NCBI RefSeq assembly: GCF_963921235.1
Contig: NC_086101.1
Span: forward strand, 8,992,001-9,056,000
Direction: 5' to 3'
DNA length: 64,000 nt
Origin: Mobula hypostoma
Lineage: Eukaryota
Within the stretch, counting starts at the first letter, position 1. Each line of letters opens with the position of its first letter. Position numbers and translations under genes: made by a program. Below are positions 1 to 12,915 of the stretch, piece after piece. The notes under the pieces are model-generated. The model had not been told where the DNA came from, ran no database searches, and saw only the letters and a program-made list of their open reading frames with translations.

Positions 1-277
1 GCCCTGGGAAAATGCCTCAGGCTATCCACATAATCAATGTTCCTCATCATGCCCGCAGCAGCTAGCGAGAGAGAGGGAAACCAGTCAAACGCAGGCAGAC
101 AGCGCTGAACACCCGCTCACCTTCCCCTTGTCCTCTCAACACGTGTTCAGGCTCCGTCATTAGGCCGCAGACTCCATCCTCAACAGTTGGATTCGGGGAA
201 TCAACAACAGTGAAAAAGAGAAAGAAAAATGTGAAAAACTTCGCTCTAATGCCACGTGTAAATGACATATGAAAACA

Positions 278-885
278 TTCAGTGAAATGTGTGGCCACTG
301 GGAGATCCTGCTTTCTCTGGCAGACAGAGCGTAGGTGTTCAGCAAAACGGTCTCCCAGCCTGCGTCGGGTCTCGCCAATATATAGAAGGCCACACCGGGA
401 GCACCGGACGCATTATATCACCCCAGCCGACTCACAGGTGAAGTGTCGCCTCACCTGGAAGGTCTGTCTGGGGCCCGGAATGGTGGTGAGGGAGGAAGTG
501 TAAGGGCATATGTAGCACTTGTTCAGCTTACAAGGATAAGTGCCGGGAGGGAGATCGGTGGGAAGGTATGGGGGAAATGAATGGACAAGGGTGTCACATA
601 GGGAGCGATCCCTGCGGAAAGCAGAAGGAGGTGGTGGGGAGGGAAAGATGTGCTTGGTGGTGGGATCCTGTTGGAGGTGGCAGAAGTTGCGGAGAATTAT
701 ATGTTGGACGCGGAGGCTGGTGGGATGGTAGGTAAGGACAAGGGGAACCCTATTGCTAGTGGGGTGGTGAGAGGATGGTGTGAGAGCAGATGTGCTTGAA
801 ATGGGAGAGATGCGTTTGAGAGAGATGGTGGAGGAAGGGAAGCCTCTTTCTTTAAAAAAGGAAGACATCTCTTTGGTCCTGGAAT
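278..885 (-). mobile_element. Penelope-like element fragment (GIY-YIG endonuclease region)
   Basis: VPLVLTYHP...GTYPC..KCYIC...FTCESAGVI*CVRCSRCGLLYIGETRRRLGDRFAEH. Confidence 0.85.
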
Positions 886-1176
886 GATTGACTTCCCTAA
901 CTTCTGTTAATGCCCCTCCTGCCCTTCACATCCCATCCCTTATTTATTTAATATATTTTTTAAAATTCCCCTTTTTTTCTCTCTCTCTTTTCTCCCTCTG
1001 TCCCTCTCTCAATAACTCCTTGCCTGCTTTCCACCCTCCCCACTTCTCTCTCTCCCCAGGCTTCCCATCCCATGATCCTCTCCCTTCTCCAGTCTGGTTT
1101 CCCTTTTGCCAATCAACTATCCAGCTGTTAGATCCATCCCTCCCCTCCTGTCTTCTCCTACACCAATATCACTGAA

Positions 1177-1560
1177 TCAGTGGGAGCCCTGGGCTTGTTT
1201 TCCTGCAACAAGACGGTCCCATCGAGCGGTGATGGGAGACAGCGATACTCGAAGGGGTATGTCCAGTCTATTCCGCAATTTAGTTTTCGTTGCATTCATT
1301 GCAGAAAACTCCACTTCGTAGCAACATGATGTTGGAAATGGAAGCAACGTTTTCAGTGCTTTCGTGGCTATCTCAGGATATTTAGCCTTGACTTTGATCC
1401 AGAATGCCGGCAGAGATGTTATGTCAAACATACTTTTCAGCCCGCCGTCATTTGCAAGCTCAAGGAGTTGATCTCCTTCCCGCGCTGACATGGATGATTC
1501 ACTGGGGACATTCACAAATAGGTCACGGACCCATTCCTTTGCACATCTTGGGTCACTGAT
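1177..1560 (-). mobile_element. hAT (Charlie/Buster/SPIN-type) transposase C-terminal fragment
   Basis: SLPAFWIKVKAKYPEIATKALKTLLPFPTS..YEVEFSAMNATKTKLRNRLD..LRVSLSPI..RWDRLVAGKQAQGSH* resembles the hAT dimerisation domain. Confidence 0.8.
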
Positions 1561-1629
1561 AACCTCGCGTGCGTTAAATTTCAACAGTGGGCGTGACAGG
1601 GAATAAGGAAAGGTGCAGCTGTGGTTGGG

Positions 1630-2843
1630 GACCACTGCGATAGATAAAGGGGATGCAGTGGATGTTGGACTTTCAGAAAGCCTTTGACAAGGTGTCACAC
1701 ATGAGGCTGCTTACCAAGTAAGAGCCCATGGTATTACAGGAAAGTTTCTAACATGGTGAGAGCATTGGCCAATTGGTAGGAGGCATCAAGAGAGAATAAA
1801 TGGATCCTTTTCTGGTTAGGCGTCAGTGACTAGTGGTGTTCCACAGGGGTCGGTGTTAGGGCCCCTTCTTTTTATGCTAAATATAAATGATTTAGATGAT
1901 GGAATAGATGGCTTTGTTGCGAAGTTTGCAGATTAGATGACGATTGGTGGAGGGGCAGGTAGTGTTGAGGAAACAGGTAGGATACAGTAGGATAGACAGA
2001 TTAGGAGAATGGGCAAGAAAGTGGCAAATGAAATACAATGTTGGAAAATGCATGGTCATGCAGCTTGGTATTAGAAATAAATGTGCAGAATATTTTCTAA
2101 ACAGGGAAAAATCCAAAAATCTGAGATGCAAAGGGACTTGGGAGTCCTTGTGCAGAACACCCTGAAGGTTAACTTGCTGGTTGAGTCGGTGGTGAGGAAG
2201 GCAAATACAATTCATTTCAAGAGGTCTAGAATACAAGAGCAAGGATGTGATGCTGAGGCTTTAAAAGTCACTGGTGAGGCCTCACCTTTAGTATTGTGAC
2301 CAGTTTTAGGCCCCTCACCTTAAAAGAGATGTGCTGGCATTAGAGAGGGTCCAGAGGAGGTTCACAAGGATGATTCCAGGAATGAAAGGGTTATCATATG
2401 AGGAATGTTTGATGGCTCTGGGTCTGTACTCGCTGGAATTCAGAAGGATGAGGGGGGATCTCATTGAAACATTTTGAATGTTGAAAGGCCTTGACAGAGT
2501 AGATGCGGAAAGGGTGTTTCCCAATGTGGGAGAGTCTAGGACAAGAGGGCACAGCCACAAGATAGAGGGGTGTCCTTTCAAAACAAATGCAGAGAAATTT
2601 CTTTAGATAGAGGATGGTGAATTTGTGGAATTTGTTGCCACATGCAGCTGTGGAGGCCAGGTCGTTGGATGTATTTAAGGCAGAGATTTATATGTTCTTG
2701 ATTGGACATGGCATCAAAGGTTATGGGGAGAAGGCCGTGAGCTGGGGTTGAGGAAGAGAAAGAAAATGATCAGCCATGATTGAAAGGCAGAGCAGACTCG
2801 GTGGGCCAGACGCCCTAGTTCTGCTCCTATGTCTTATGGTCTA
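1630..2843 (+). mobile_element. Degenerate CR1 3' portion
   Basis: [19 protein letters not shown], LGEWARKWQMKYNVGKC peptides; CR1-type 3' UTR. Confidence 0.8.
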
Positions 2844-3457
2844 GCTGGTTCAAAGCAGAGATCCTGGCTCTATTTGTCTCGTAACAGCTCCTTCTGTTCT
2901 GCTTGGGCAGCCTGCAACCCGGTGCCATGAACATTGAATTCTCAAACTTTCAGTGGTCGCACCCTCTCGCTTTTCCTATTTAATTGTCTCTCTCCTCCTG
3001 ATTCACCAGCCCCATCACCCTCTGTCTTTCCCCTCCTCGCCCATACTCTTCATCTGCCCATCAACCACACTCTCCTCCCCACCTCTCTCCCTTTATTCCA
3101 GTCTCCACTTTCCCCTCCTGTCAGATTCTAATATCTTCAGCCCTTTGTCACTGACACCTCTCACCTCCCAGTTTCTAACACATTTCCACACTCCACCCCT
3201 CCCTCAACTATCACCCCTCACTGGGCAATCACTTGCTAATTTCCCTCCATAGATGTTACCTGACACGCTGGGAGTCTCCGGCGCTTTGTGTGTTACCAAC
3301 ACTACATGTCCCGTGTTACCAAGATTCACCCTGACCTCCCTCTCCCAGTCAGCACCACTACCACTTGTCCCAGTTACCCTGTCAGTCCCGGTGGACTTTA
3401 GCACCAGGGGGAGTTAAAACGAGTTAAAATTAATGGATCGATAATTCTCACATCGTG

Positions 3458-3463
3458 TTTATT
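3458..3463 (-). terminator. Probable polyadenylation signal of TRIM-A
   Basis: AATAAA on the minus strand ~65 nt after the stop codon. Confidence 0.55.
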
Positions 3464-3527
3464 TCACTCTCCGCACGTTTATATTTACACCGACTTACTC
3501 CTGACGCCGGTCCCGGACCCGACCCGT

Positions 3528-4060
3528 TTACAGACCCGGAGCGGAACCGGAGCAGATTCTCAGCCACTCGTTTTTATATCCAGTCCCGAAGAAAGGATAA
3601 AGTTTCTCCGTGAATTTGTTCCCAGTGAAGGTGTGGAGATGGGACTTGGTCTCCGCGTTGTAAAATGAAACCGCCTCGGACTCGTAACTGAGATAAACTC
3701 CCACCCTCCCGGGGATGGGACCGGCAGGGAGACGGGACTCAGGGGAGGTGAAAACCAACATCTCGTCACCATCCCACTCGATGATCCAGAATCCGGTCTC
3801 CGGACTCGGTGTGACCCATCCCTTCCTCTCCACAGACACTGCAGCGACTCCCAGCCTCCAGCGCCGATTCCCCGTCACCTCCACCTCCCAGTAATGTCTC
3901 CCCGATGTGAATCCCTCCGATCCCAGCACACAAAGCCGATGTGTGAACCTCTTCCCGTTGTCAGGGAGATCCCTCCGGGTCCCGGTCCGTCTCACACTCT
4001 TCCGATCCTCAGACACCTCGAGCAGCGGATGCGCCGTTTCCACATCCAGGGTGACAGAGA
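3528..4060 (-). CDS. TRIM-A final coding exon, PRY-SPRY (B30.2) domain
   Basis: CTCCCCCCAG|TCTCTG acceptor; VSVTLDVETAHPLLEVSEDRKSV...CVLGSEGFTSGRHYWEVEV...RVGVYLSYE...KLYPFF; stop at 3528-3530. Joined CDS is 1416 bp = 471 aa. Confidence 0.93.
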
Positions 4061-4599
4061 CTGGGGGGAGAAGCAGAGAATTAGAGAGTCCCGGGGATCG
4101 GGGGGAGACTCGGGCAGCGCAGCCCCGGGACGGGACCGGGGAGAGGCCGCTGGGCCTCAGGCTCAGTCGGGTGGCCGACAGGACCCTATCCCGGGGTTTT
4201 ACTAAACTACAGTGGATGGACAACCAGCATCTTCCTGTGGTTTTTCCCTGACATGGAGAGCGGATTCTTTCCCGATCAACACACACAAAATTCTGGAGGA
4301 TCTCGGCGGGTCAAGCAGCATGTGGTAAGGGAGGTATAATACAGTCGATGTTTCAGCCGAGATATTTCCTCAAGAATGGAAAGAAAGGCGGGGGATAGCA
4401 GTGGAAACGGATGTGAGAAAGGGGTGGAACAACAACTGGATGAGGAAGAGGTGAGTGAACGCTGGAGGCATTTAAAATGGAGGTAAGACTGAATTCATTA
4501 GTGCTGACCAACTCACTTGAATGATCTTGTTCCATTTGTCTGTATTTGCCCACTATTCCTTTAAACCTTTCCTACCCACGTAGCTGTCCAAGCAGGAGC

Positions 4600-6040
4600 T
4601 GGCAGAACTCAGCATCTATGGAAAAAGATAAAGTCGACATTTTGGGCCAATAGCCTTCGGCAGAACTGGAGGGAAAAAAAGCTGAGGGGTAGATTTAAAA
4701 GGTTGCAGGGGGAGGGAGAGAGAACCACCAGGTGATAGCTGAAACCTGGAGGGAGAGGGATAAAGTAACAAAGTTGATTGGTGAGATGAGCTGAGAGAGG
4801 GAAAAGGGGATGGGATAGGTTGTTCCTCCAACCTAAGTGTGGCTTTATCCCGACAGTGGAGGAGGATGGACATATTGGAATGGGAATGGGAAGTGGAATT
4901 AAAATGGGTGGCCACTGGGAGATCCCACTTGTTCTGGCGGATGGAGTGTAGATGCTCGGCGAAGGGGTCTGTCAATCCACACTGGATCTCACTGATACAC
5001 CAGAGGCGACACCGGGAACACCGAGCTCAGTATTCGACCACAGCACACTCAAGTCAATTGTCACCTCACCTGGAAGGACTGTTTATGCCCCTGGATGGTA
5101 GTGAGGGAGAATGTGTAGGGGCAGGTTGAGCACTTGTTCTGCTTGCAAGGATCAGAACCAGGAGGGAGACCAGTGGAGAGGGATGAATGGACAAGGGAGT
5201 CACGTCGGGAGCATTCCATGTGGAAAGCAGAAATTGAGGGGTGGGCAGGAAGGAAGATGTGCTTGGTGGTGGGATCCCATTGGAGGTGGCAGAAGTTTCG
5301 GAGAATTATGTGCTGGACGCGGAGGCCGGTGGGGTTGTAGATGAGGACAAGAGGAACCCTATCTCTGGTAGGGTGGTGGAGGATGAGGTTAGAAAGGACA
5401 TGTGTGAAATGGAAGAGATGTAGCTGAGGGCAGTGTTGATGGTGGAATAAGGGAAACCCCTTTCTTTGAAAAAGGAGGACATTTCTTTTATTCTAGAATG
5501 AAAAGCCTCATCCTGAGAGCAGAGGCGGAGGAATTGACGGAGGTGGTTTTACAAGTAGTAGGGTGGGATGAGGTATAGTGCAGATAGCTGTGAGAGTCCG
5601 TGGGTTTGTAATAGACATTCTGGATAAGCTTTCTCTGGAGATAGAGACACTGAGATCAAGAAAGGGAAGGGAGGCATCAGAAATGGATCAGGTGAATTTG
5701 AGAGCAGGGTGTAAGTGGAAGCAAAGTGGAGGAAGTCAACGAGCTCGATGTGGGTGCAGGAAGCAACACCAATGCATTTGTCAATGTAGCAAGAAAAGTG
5801 CGAGACGGTCGCCAGTGTAGGCCTGGAACATAGACTGTTCCATGTATCCGACAAACGGGCCAGCATAGCCGGGACCCATGTGAGAGCCGATGACTCCACT
5901 TCTTGTCTAAATGAAGTGAGAGGAGCCAAAGGAGAAATTATTGAGAGTGAGGACAAGTTCAGCTAAGCGGAGGGGAGTGATGGTGGAGGGGAACTTGTTA
6001 GTTCTGGTGTCCAGAAAAAAATGGAGAGCTTTGAGGCATT
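4600..6040 (-). mobile_element. Penelope-like element, degenerate (RT end, GIY-YIG, terminal repeat)
   Basis: CYIDKCIG (YIDD-like), FAEHLHSI..DLPVATHFN; same DNA family as 278-885. Confidence 0.78.
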
Positions 6041-7207
6041 TTCTGTCCCTATGTCTTTTAAATCATTGTAACTGTATCCACCTCTACAGTTTCCTTTGGG
6101 AGCCTCCTGAGCTCCAGGAAAATGACCCAGAATATCCAGCCTCTCCTTATAACCCAAACCCTCCAGTCTCAGTAACATCCTTGTAAATCTGTTTTATACC
6201 CTCTCAGTTTAATGACATCCTTCCTGTAGTAAAGTCACTAGAACTGTTCAGAGTAATCTAAATCATAAAGACAAGAAAGTCTGCAGATGCCGGAAATCCA
6301 GAGCAACACACACAAAATCTCAGCCTGAAACATCGACTATTTATTCCTTTCCATAGATACTGCCTGAGCTGCTGAGTTCCTCCAACATTTTGTGTGTGAT
6401 GCTTGGATTTCTATCATCTGCAGGTTTTCTCTTGTTTAGGAAGCTTTTGACACATTGCCCTTCATAAATAAAAGTATTGAGTACAGGAGATGGGATCTGA
6501 TGCTGAAGTTGTATGAGATGTTGGTGAGGTCTAATCTGGGGTATTGTGCGCAGTTTTGGTCACCTACCTACAGGAAAGATGTAAATAAGGATGAAAGAGA
6601 ACAGAGAACATTTACAGGGATGTTGTTCGGACTGGAGGACCTGAGTTATAAGGAAAGATTGAACAGGTTAGGACTTTATTCCTTGTAAGGTAGAAGACTG
6701 AGGGGAGATTTGAGAGAGATATACAAAATTATGAGGAGAGTAAATGCTTGTTGGCTTTTTTCACGGAGGTTGCATGGGACTACAACAAGAGGTCATGTGT
6801 GAAGGCTGAAAGGGAGAAGGCAGTTTAAATGTGACTGCATGATAGGTCATAGGACCTGTTTCTGTGCTATACTTTTCTATCACTCTATGACTCTAGTACA
6901 AAGATGAATCTCTAAATAACTAAATAACCTCTTTACTGTCCATGAAACCACCAATTTTAGGGTCCTCCACAAACCTACTAAACACGTCACCTACATTCTC
7001 TCCGAATCATTCATATGAATGACGAAAAACAGTGGACCCAGCACCGATCCCTGCAGCACAACCGCTGGTCACAGGACTCCACCCAGACAATTCTGTATCC
7101 TATTCCAGATCGTACTGTATCCCATGTGATCTAACTCTCTGCTACCTTGTCAAATCCCTCGCTAAACTCCAAGGAGACGATGTCTACTGCACTTTCATCA
7201 GCTGTAA

Positions 7208-8510
7208 TTTATTTATTGAGATACAGCACGGAATAGGCCCTTCCGGCCCTTTGACCCCCACCACCCAGAAACCCCTGATTTAATCCGAGCCTGACCATGG
7301 GACAAGTTACAATGACCCCCACCACCCAGAAACCCCTGATTTAATCCGAGCCTGACCATGGGACAAGTTACAATGACCCCACCACCCAGAAACCCCTGAA
7401 TTAATCCGAGCCTGACCATGGGACAAATTACAATGACCCCCACCACCCAGCAACCCCTGATTTAATCCGAGCCTGACCATGGGACAAGTTACAATAACCC
7501 CCGCCACCCAGAAACCCCTGATTTAATCCGAACCTGACCATGAGACAAGTTACAATGACCGGGCCACTCAGCAACCCCTAATTTAATCCAAGCCTGACCA
7601 TGGGACAAGTTACAATGACCCCACCACCCAGCAACCCCGATTTAATCCGAGCCTGACCATGGGACAAGTTAGAATGATCCACACCACACAGCAACCCCTG
7701 ATTTAATCCGAGCCTGACCATGGGACAAGTTACAATAACCCCACCACCCAGAAACCCCTGATTTAATCCGAACCTGACCATGGGACAAGTTACAATGACC
7801 TCCACCACCCAGCAACCCCTGATTTAATCCGAGCCTGACCATGGGACAAGTTACAATAACCCCCGCCACCCAGAAACCCCTGATTTAATCCGAACCTGAC
7901 CATGGGACAAGTTACAATGACCTCCACCACCCAGCAACCCCGATTTAATCCGAGCCTGACCATGGGACAAGTTAGAATGATCCACACCACACAGCAACCC
8001 CTGATTTAATCCGAGCCTGACCATGGGACAAGTTACAATGACACACACCACCCAGCAACCCCTGATTTAATCCGAGCCTGACCATGGGACAAGTTACAAT
8101 GACCCCACCACCCAGAAACCCCATTTAATCCGAGCCTGACCATGGGACAAGTTACAATGACCCCCACCATCCAGCAACCCCTGATTTAATCCAAGCCTGA
8201 CCATGGGACAAGTTACAATGACCCCCACCATCCAGCAACCCCTGATTTAATCCAAGCCTGACCATGGGACAAGTTACAATGACCCCACCACCCAGAAACC
8301 CCTGATTTAATCTGAGCCTGACCATGGGACAAGTTACAATGACCAATTAACCTGCCAACTGGTACGGGTTTGGACTGTGAAACCGGAGCACCTGGAAGAA
8401 ACCCACGTGGTCATGGGGAACGTACAAACTCCTTACAGGCAGTGACGGGACATGAACCCGGGTTACTGGTACTGTAAAGCGTTGTGCTAACCACTATGCT
8501 ACCATACCGT
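7208..8510 (-). mobile_element. tRNA-derived V-SINE (HE1-like) carrying an internal minisatellite
   Basis: Minus-strand head GGTAGCATAGTGGTTAGCAC...CCGGGTTCATGTCCC (A/B-box-like); core GGGTTTCTTCCAGGTGCTCCGGTTTC; CR1-like tail GGGCCGGAAGGGCCTATTCCGTGCTGTATCTCAATAAAT. Confidence 0.75.
7251..8338. repeat. Minisatellite, 18 x ~61 bp
   Basis: Unit ATGACCCCCACCACCCAG(A/C)AACCCCTGATTTAATCCGAGCCTGACCATGGGACAAGTTACA; 18 units of 58-61 bp counted. Confidence 0.95.
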
Positions 8511-11321
8511 CCATGCAGAAAACCAAGCTGGGTATCCCTGATTAGTCCTCACTTTTCCAAGTGAATGTAGATCCTGTCTCTCAGAATCCCCTCCATTAAT
8601 GTACCCTCCACTGACGTTAGGCTCACCGGTCTGTACTTCCCAGGCTTTTCCCTACAGCCGATCTTCAATAAATGTTCAACATTAGTCTCCCTCCAGTCTT
8701 CTGGCCCCTCACCCACAGCTATCGATGACACACATATCTCCAAAATGGACCCCACAATTTATTCCTGAGCTTCCCACAATGTCCTGGATCAGGACCTGGG
8801 GATTTATCTACCTTTCTGTATTTTAGGACCTGCAGCACATTTGCTTCTGTAATGTAGTAGAAAATGAGGTCGATCATCTTCTGTAACACGGGAGAATTGA
8901 GGGCCCCGTGGAACTGGCACAGAAGAGGAGTTGAGACCTGTGGCAGAGAAATGATGACAGGGAAGGTTTAGAAGGATACGGACCAAATGCAGGTAAATGG
9001 ACTGGGATGTGATCTGACAGAAATATATAAGCTTATGAGGGGTGTAGATTGAGCAGATGGTTGAAATCTTCTTCCCACAGGAGGGGGATCAAATACAAGA
9101 GGTCACATGTCCCAGGTGAGAGGAAGGAGTTTAAAGGTGAGTTTATTTGAACAGTGAGTGGTTGATGTTGGAACTTGCTACCAGAGGAGGTGATGGAATC
9201 AGATACAATCACTGTGTTTAAGAGACACTTTAAGAGACAGGGCACAGAAGGAGACTGACCTAATGCCGGCCAATGGGATGAGTGTAGCTGGTAAATAGGT
9301 TGACACCGAGGTGATGGGCCGAAAGGTCTGTTTCTGTGCTGTACGACAATGACTCTGTGACATTAAATGAACTGAATGACTGAGACCCCACAGCCCTCCG
9401 GTGCAGAGAATTCCAGATACACCATGCTCTGAGGCATCCTGAGACAGTGACCCCTGACCCTCGACTCCTCAGACAGGGGAAACATCCTCCCTGCTTCCTG
9501 TCTGTTGAGCCCCGAGAGAGTTTTGTGTTTCCCTGAGATCTCCTCTCATTCTTCCAAAAGGAGAACGGGGAACACAGAACAGTACAACATAGGAACAGGC
9601 CCTTCCTTCAATAGTTGTGACTGATCAATGCTGGCATCAATTCCCCTTCTGTACGAGTTCCCCAAACTGCAATCCGTCGACCTTTAACAATTTTATCTGA
9701 CTCCACCTTAAATGTATCCAATAATCAGTCTTTACACAATCTGCTGGAGGAACTCACTCTGTCGAGCAGCATTGTGGGAGGAAAGGGACTGTCGACATTT
9801 CATGTCGAAACCGGACATCAGGACTGGGAGACGGCCAGTATACAGTTCCTCCAGCATTTTGTGTGCGTGGACTTGAAATTCCAGCATCTGCAGACTTTTT
9901 CCTGTTTACAATAATGGGAACCATGAGCGGAGAGATGAATGGCAGATGGAATCGGAACCAGATGAGAGAGGGGTGGAAAGCCTGTGGGTGAACTGTGTGT
10001 GTAGATGGAAACAGAAGGTGAAGGGGGATGAATATGGGTGATAAGAGTCCCTTTGTCTCCTTTCCCACAAACCCACTCCCCACAGCCCCTCATTAGGACA
10101 GAGGATGAATTTGCAGAGACTCTGGCAGATATATTTGCTTCACATTTCACCACAGGTGAGCTTCTGGAAGACTGGAGGGTGGCTCAGTTTGAGCCTTCAG
10201 TTAAGAAGGGCTGGATGGTCATACCAGGGAAGTCCAGTCCATAAACCGAACGTCAGTGGTGGGCAAGTTTCTGAGAGACAGGATTAACAGCATTTGGAAA
10301 GATGAGGACTGATCAGGAACAGTCAGCATGGCGTTCAGCATGGAATATTACATCTCACAAATTCCAGTGTGCTGAAGAGGTGACAGAGAGCATTGACCAG
10401 GACAGGGTGTTAGACATTGTCCACATGAACTTCACCAAGACCTTTGATGTTGATCATAGACCACACTTGGAGTCTGTGTGCCTTTCTAGCTCCCTGACTC
10501 TGGGAAGGATGTCATTACAGGAAGGTGTTATCAGGACTGGAGGGCTTGGGTTAAAAGCAGAGACTGGATAAGCTGGGGCTATTTCCCTGGAGCGTTGGAT
10601 GTTGAGGGGGACCCCTTTTCGAGGTACATAAAATCATGAGGGCAGATGTAAAGTGTATACACATGGTCTCTTCCCCAAGAATAACAGAGTCCAAAAGCAG
10701 AGGGCAGAGAATGAAGTGAAAGTTTTTAAGTGATCTGTGAGGGATGTGAGTACAAGTGAAATTTGCTGCCAAAGGAAGCTGCGGAAACAGGTATAATAAA
10801 AATATTTTAAAATAAATTTAGACAGGTACATGGATAGCAAATGGTTAAAGGAAAATGGGACAAGCACACGGAGCTCTACCTGTTTCTCTGTGATGGTGCA
10901 TTTGGATATGTGTCACTGTGTGTGAGTGTGTGTTGGTTGTGGTAAATATCAGTGAGTGAGTGTTCACGTTGAAGGTGAGGGTGCACATTGAAGTATTGTA
11001 TGTTACAGTGTGTCTTCACATGCCCAGTGTGTGTTGGCAATGTGTGACATGTGCGTGAATTGTTCAAATAAAAACCATTCACTGTGTCTGAAGAGAGAGA
11101 ATAGCTTCTATGTCACTGAGGGAACTAACAATGTGCAGTGCTGAGGCTCTGACTATAATCTGCCAATCCTTCTTGTCTATGTGTGTGAGCGAGATTTGCC
11201 AGAGTTATGCTGTGTGAGCTTCTCCCATCGTTCACCGAGATCAATGCTGATCGGTGTGTCCGGGTTCGGTCCGACAATGCTTCAATGTGGTGGTTTGATA
11301 ACAACAGTGAGACTCGCGAAT

Positions 11322-11345
11322 CCAGCAGGGGGCAGAGCTGAGTCA
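11322..11345 (+). promoter_or_regulatory. CTCF-like core plus AP-1 site in TRIM-A intron 5
   Basis: CCAGCAGGGGGCAG (11322-11335) and TGAGTCA (11339-11345). Confidence 0.5.
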
Positions 11346-11772
11346 ATCAGACTGCGGTCACGGACAGGTCAGACAGGGTGAGTGGCTCGAAGGACTGGTG
11401 TATTTTTCTGACAATCCTTGTCACCACAGTGATACTAGATTTTATCCCCTTTAACGTCATTAATGAAATATTAATTCCAGAACTACTGTGGCAGAATTCA
11501 AGCGCATGCATTGACATATTTTTCCAGTATGAATTGGATCAGGATGCTGTGGTTCATCTAACAGTCCCGTGAAGTGGTTATATTTTGCCCCAGTGTTGGA
11601 GTGTTCAGGGGTCTGACTTCTCCACATGATCACGTGACAGTGATGCCTCCCTGCAGGTGGAGTTGGGGCCAGAATAAACTTCAGTTCCCCTTCAGTCTAT
11701 TATTACAGCCAAACTCTGTGTCTAATTATTAATTGTGTCTGAAACAAGAGCAAATGAATCTATATGTTTTAC

Positions 11773-11891
11773 CTCGCTTAATGCCATCAAACACTTCTCT
11801 CAACGCTATGTCGAACAAATAGGGGTGGTAGAATTTTTCAGCCAGTAGGGCACCATCTGTCACTGACAATATCTGGGCATCATCACTGATC
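11773..11891 (-). CDS. TRIM-A coding exon 5 (linker, 119 bp)
   Basis: TTTTCAG|GATCAGT...AAGCGAG|GTAAAA; ISDDAQILSVTDGALLAEKFYHPYLFDIALREVFDGIKR; phase fits exons 4 and 6. Confidence 0.85.
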
Positions 11892-11987
11892 CTGAAAATA
11901 TTATACAGCTGGTTATAAACTGAGCATCAGTAATATTTGAACTATTTTACAAATCCATACAGAGTTTCAGTAAAGACCATGTCCTAC

Positions 11988-12010
11988 CTTCTCTTCCGAC
12001 GAGCTTCCTC
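11988..12010 (-). CDS. TRIM-A coding exon 4 (23-bp mini-exon)
   Basis: ATTTCAG|GAGGAAGCTCGTCGGAAGAGAAG|GTAGGA; identical 23-mer in TRIM-B at 56653-56675. Confidence 0.85.
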
Positions 12011-12108
12011 CTGAAATAAATCAAACACAGATCTCAACTGACTGAGACTGGCCATTGGCATCGCAATAGCAGGAATCTGAGCCAAGTTATTAAAAGCTGC
12101 TGGAAACT

Positions 12109-12915
12109 TACGAGGATGATGGTGCCTAATGGTGACTGCTTTGCTAGCATTTTCAGAAACAGCTCTATTTCTATCTTTAGTATCTCTATATTTCCCTTTC
12201 AGGGTTCTTTTGAAGACCCTGACCTGGAGTTACACGTTGCCTTCGGTTCTTTGTCGGAATGAGACTCTTTCTCGGGGTCTCACAATTGGTCGCTGTTCGA
12301 TAAATAGAGGACGCGGCCTAGAAGACTAGCACGCCTTCAGAGTTCCAGGATTTTGTGGCTCTGGAAGTGGGTGGGCTCGAGGTCGGTGCCTCTGCGGGGA
12401 ATCGGTATGTCGTGGGAGATGGAAGATCGAAAGCAACAAGCTGGCTGCTGGCTGTGTGACACGAGACCTGCGGTCTTTTAGCACAGAGCTTGAAAAAACA
12501 ACGCAACAGACTTTTAACGTCGTAAATCAGTGAGTTGTTTGTTATGTCTCCCCTCTCGCTGTGAAACAGGTCATCTCTTTTTCCCATTTTAGGGAGAGAG
12601 AGCCTGTGTTATGTTGAATTACTGGGTGAATGAGTAGTCTTTGGGGTACTGCAAGTCTGTGTCTTTATTGATGCTTTGCTGCAGGCTTGAGTGCTCGGTG
12701 GAGGGTGCTGATGCTTTTTTGCTGATGGGGAGAGGTGGTCGTTGCCTTGCTGCTGCTTGTGCATGGGAGGGGGAGCTGGGGGTGCTTTGGGGTCTAACAT
12801 TTAACTCATTCATTCTTTGGGACACTCCTTCATTTTCGTAGATGTTTCTGTAGAAAAAGAATTTCAGGATGTATATTGCCTATATTTCTCAGCCATTAAA
12901 TGTACCTTTGAAACT
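12109..12915 (+). mobile_element. Unclassified ~807-bp non-coding insertion in TRIM-A intron 3
   Basis: Flanked by CTGGAAACT (12100-12108) and CTGAAAACT (12916-12924); absent from the homologous TRIM-B intron (~56555-56565); ends ATTAAATGTACCTTTGAAACT. Confidence 0.65.

Noticed and set aside
4061..4286. N-terminal part of the 252-aa ORF as coding
   Set aside because: It lies upstream of a clear polypyrimidine-AG acceptor at 4061-4062, so it is intron read-through.
7251..8338. CRISPR-like regularly spaced array and its repetitive ORFs
   Set aside because: Whole units repeat with no unique spacers, there are no cas genes, the context is eukaryotic, and the unit is part of a SINE.
11181..11381. 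Conserved antisense ORF in intron 5 of both paralogs (…LQCGGLITTVRLANPAGGRAESIRLRSRTGQT)
   Set aside because: The similarity is explained by DNA-level paralogy, with no recognisable domain or consistent start. An antisense non-coding exon ending at the GTGAGT donor cannot be excluded without RNA data.
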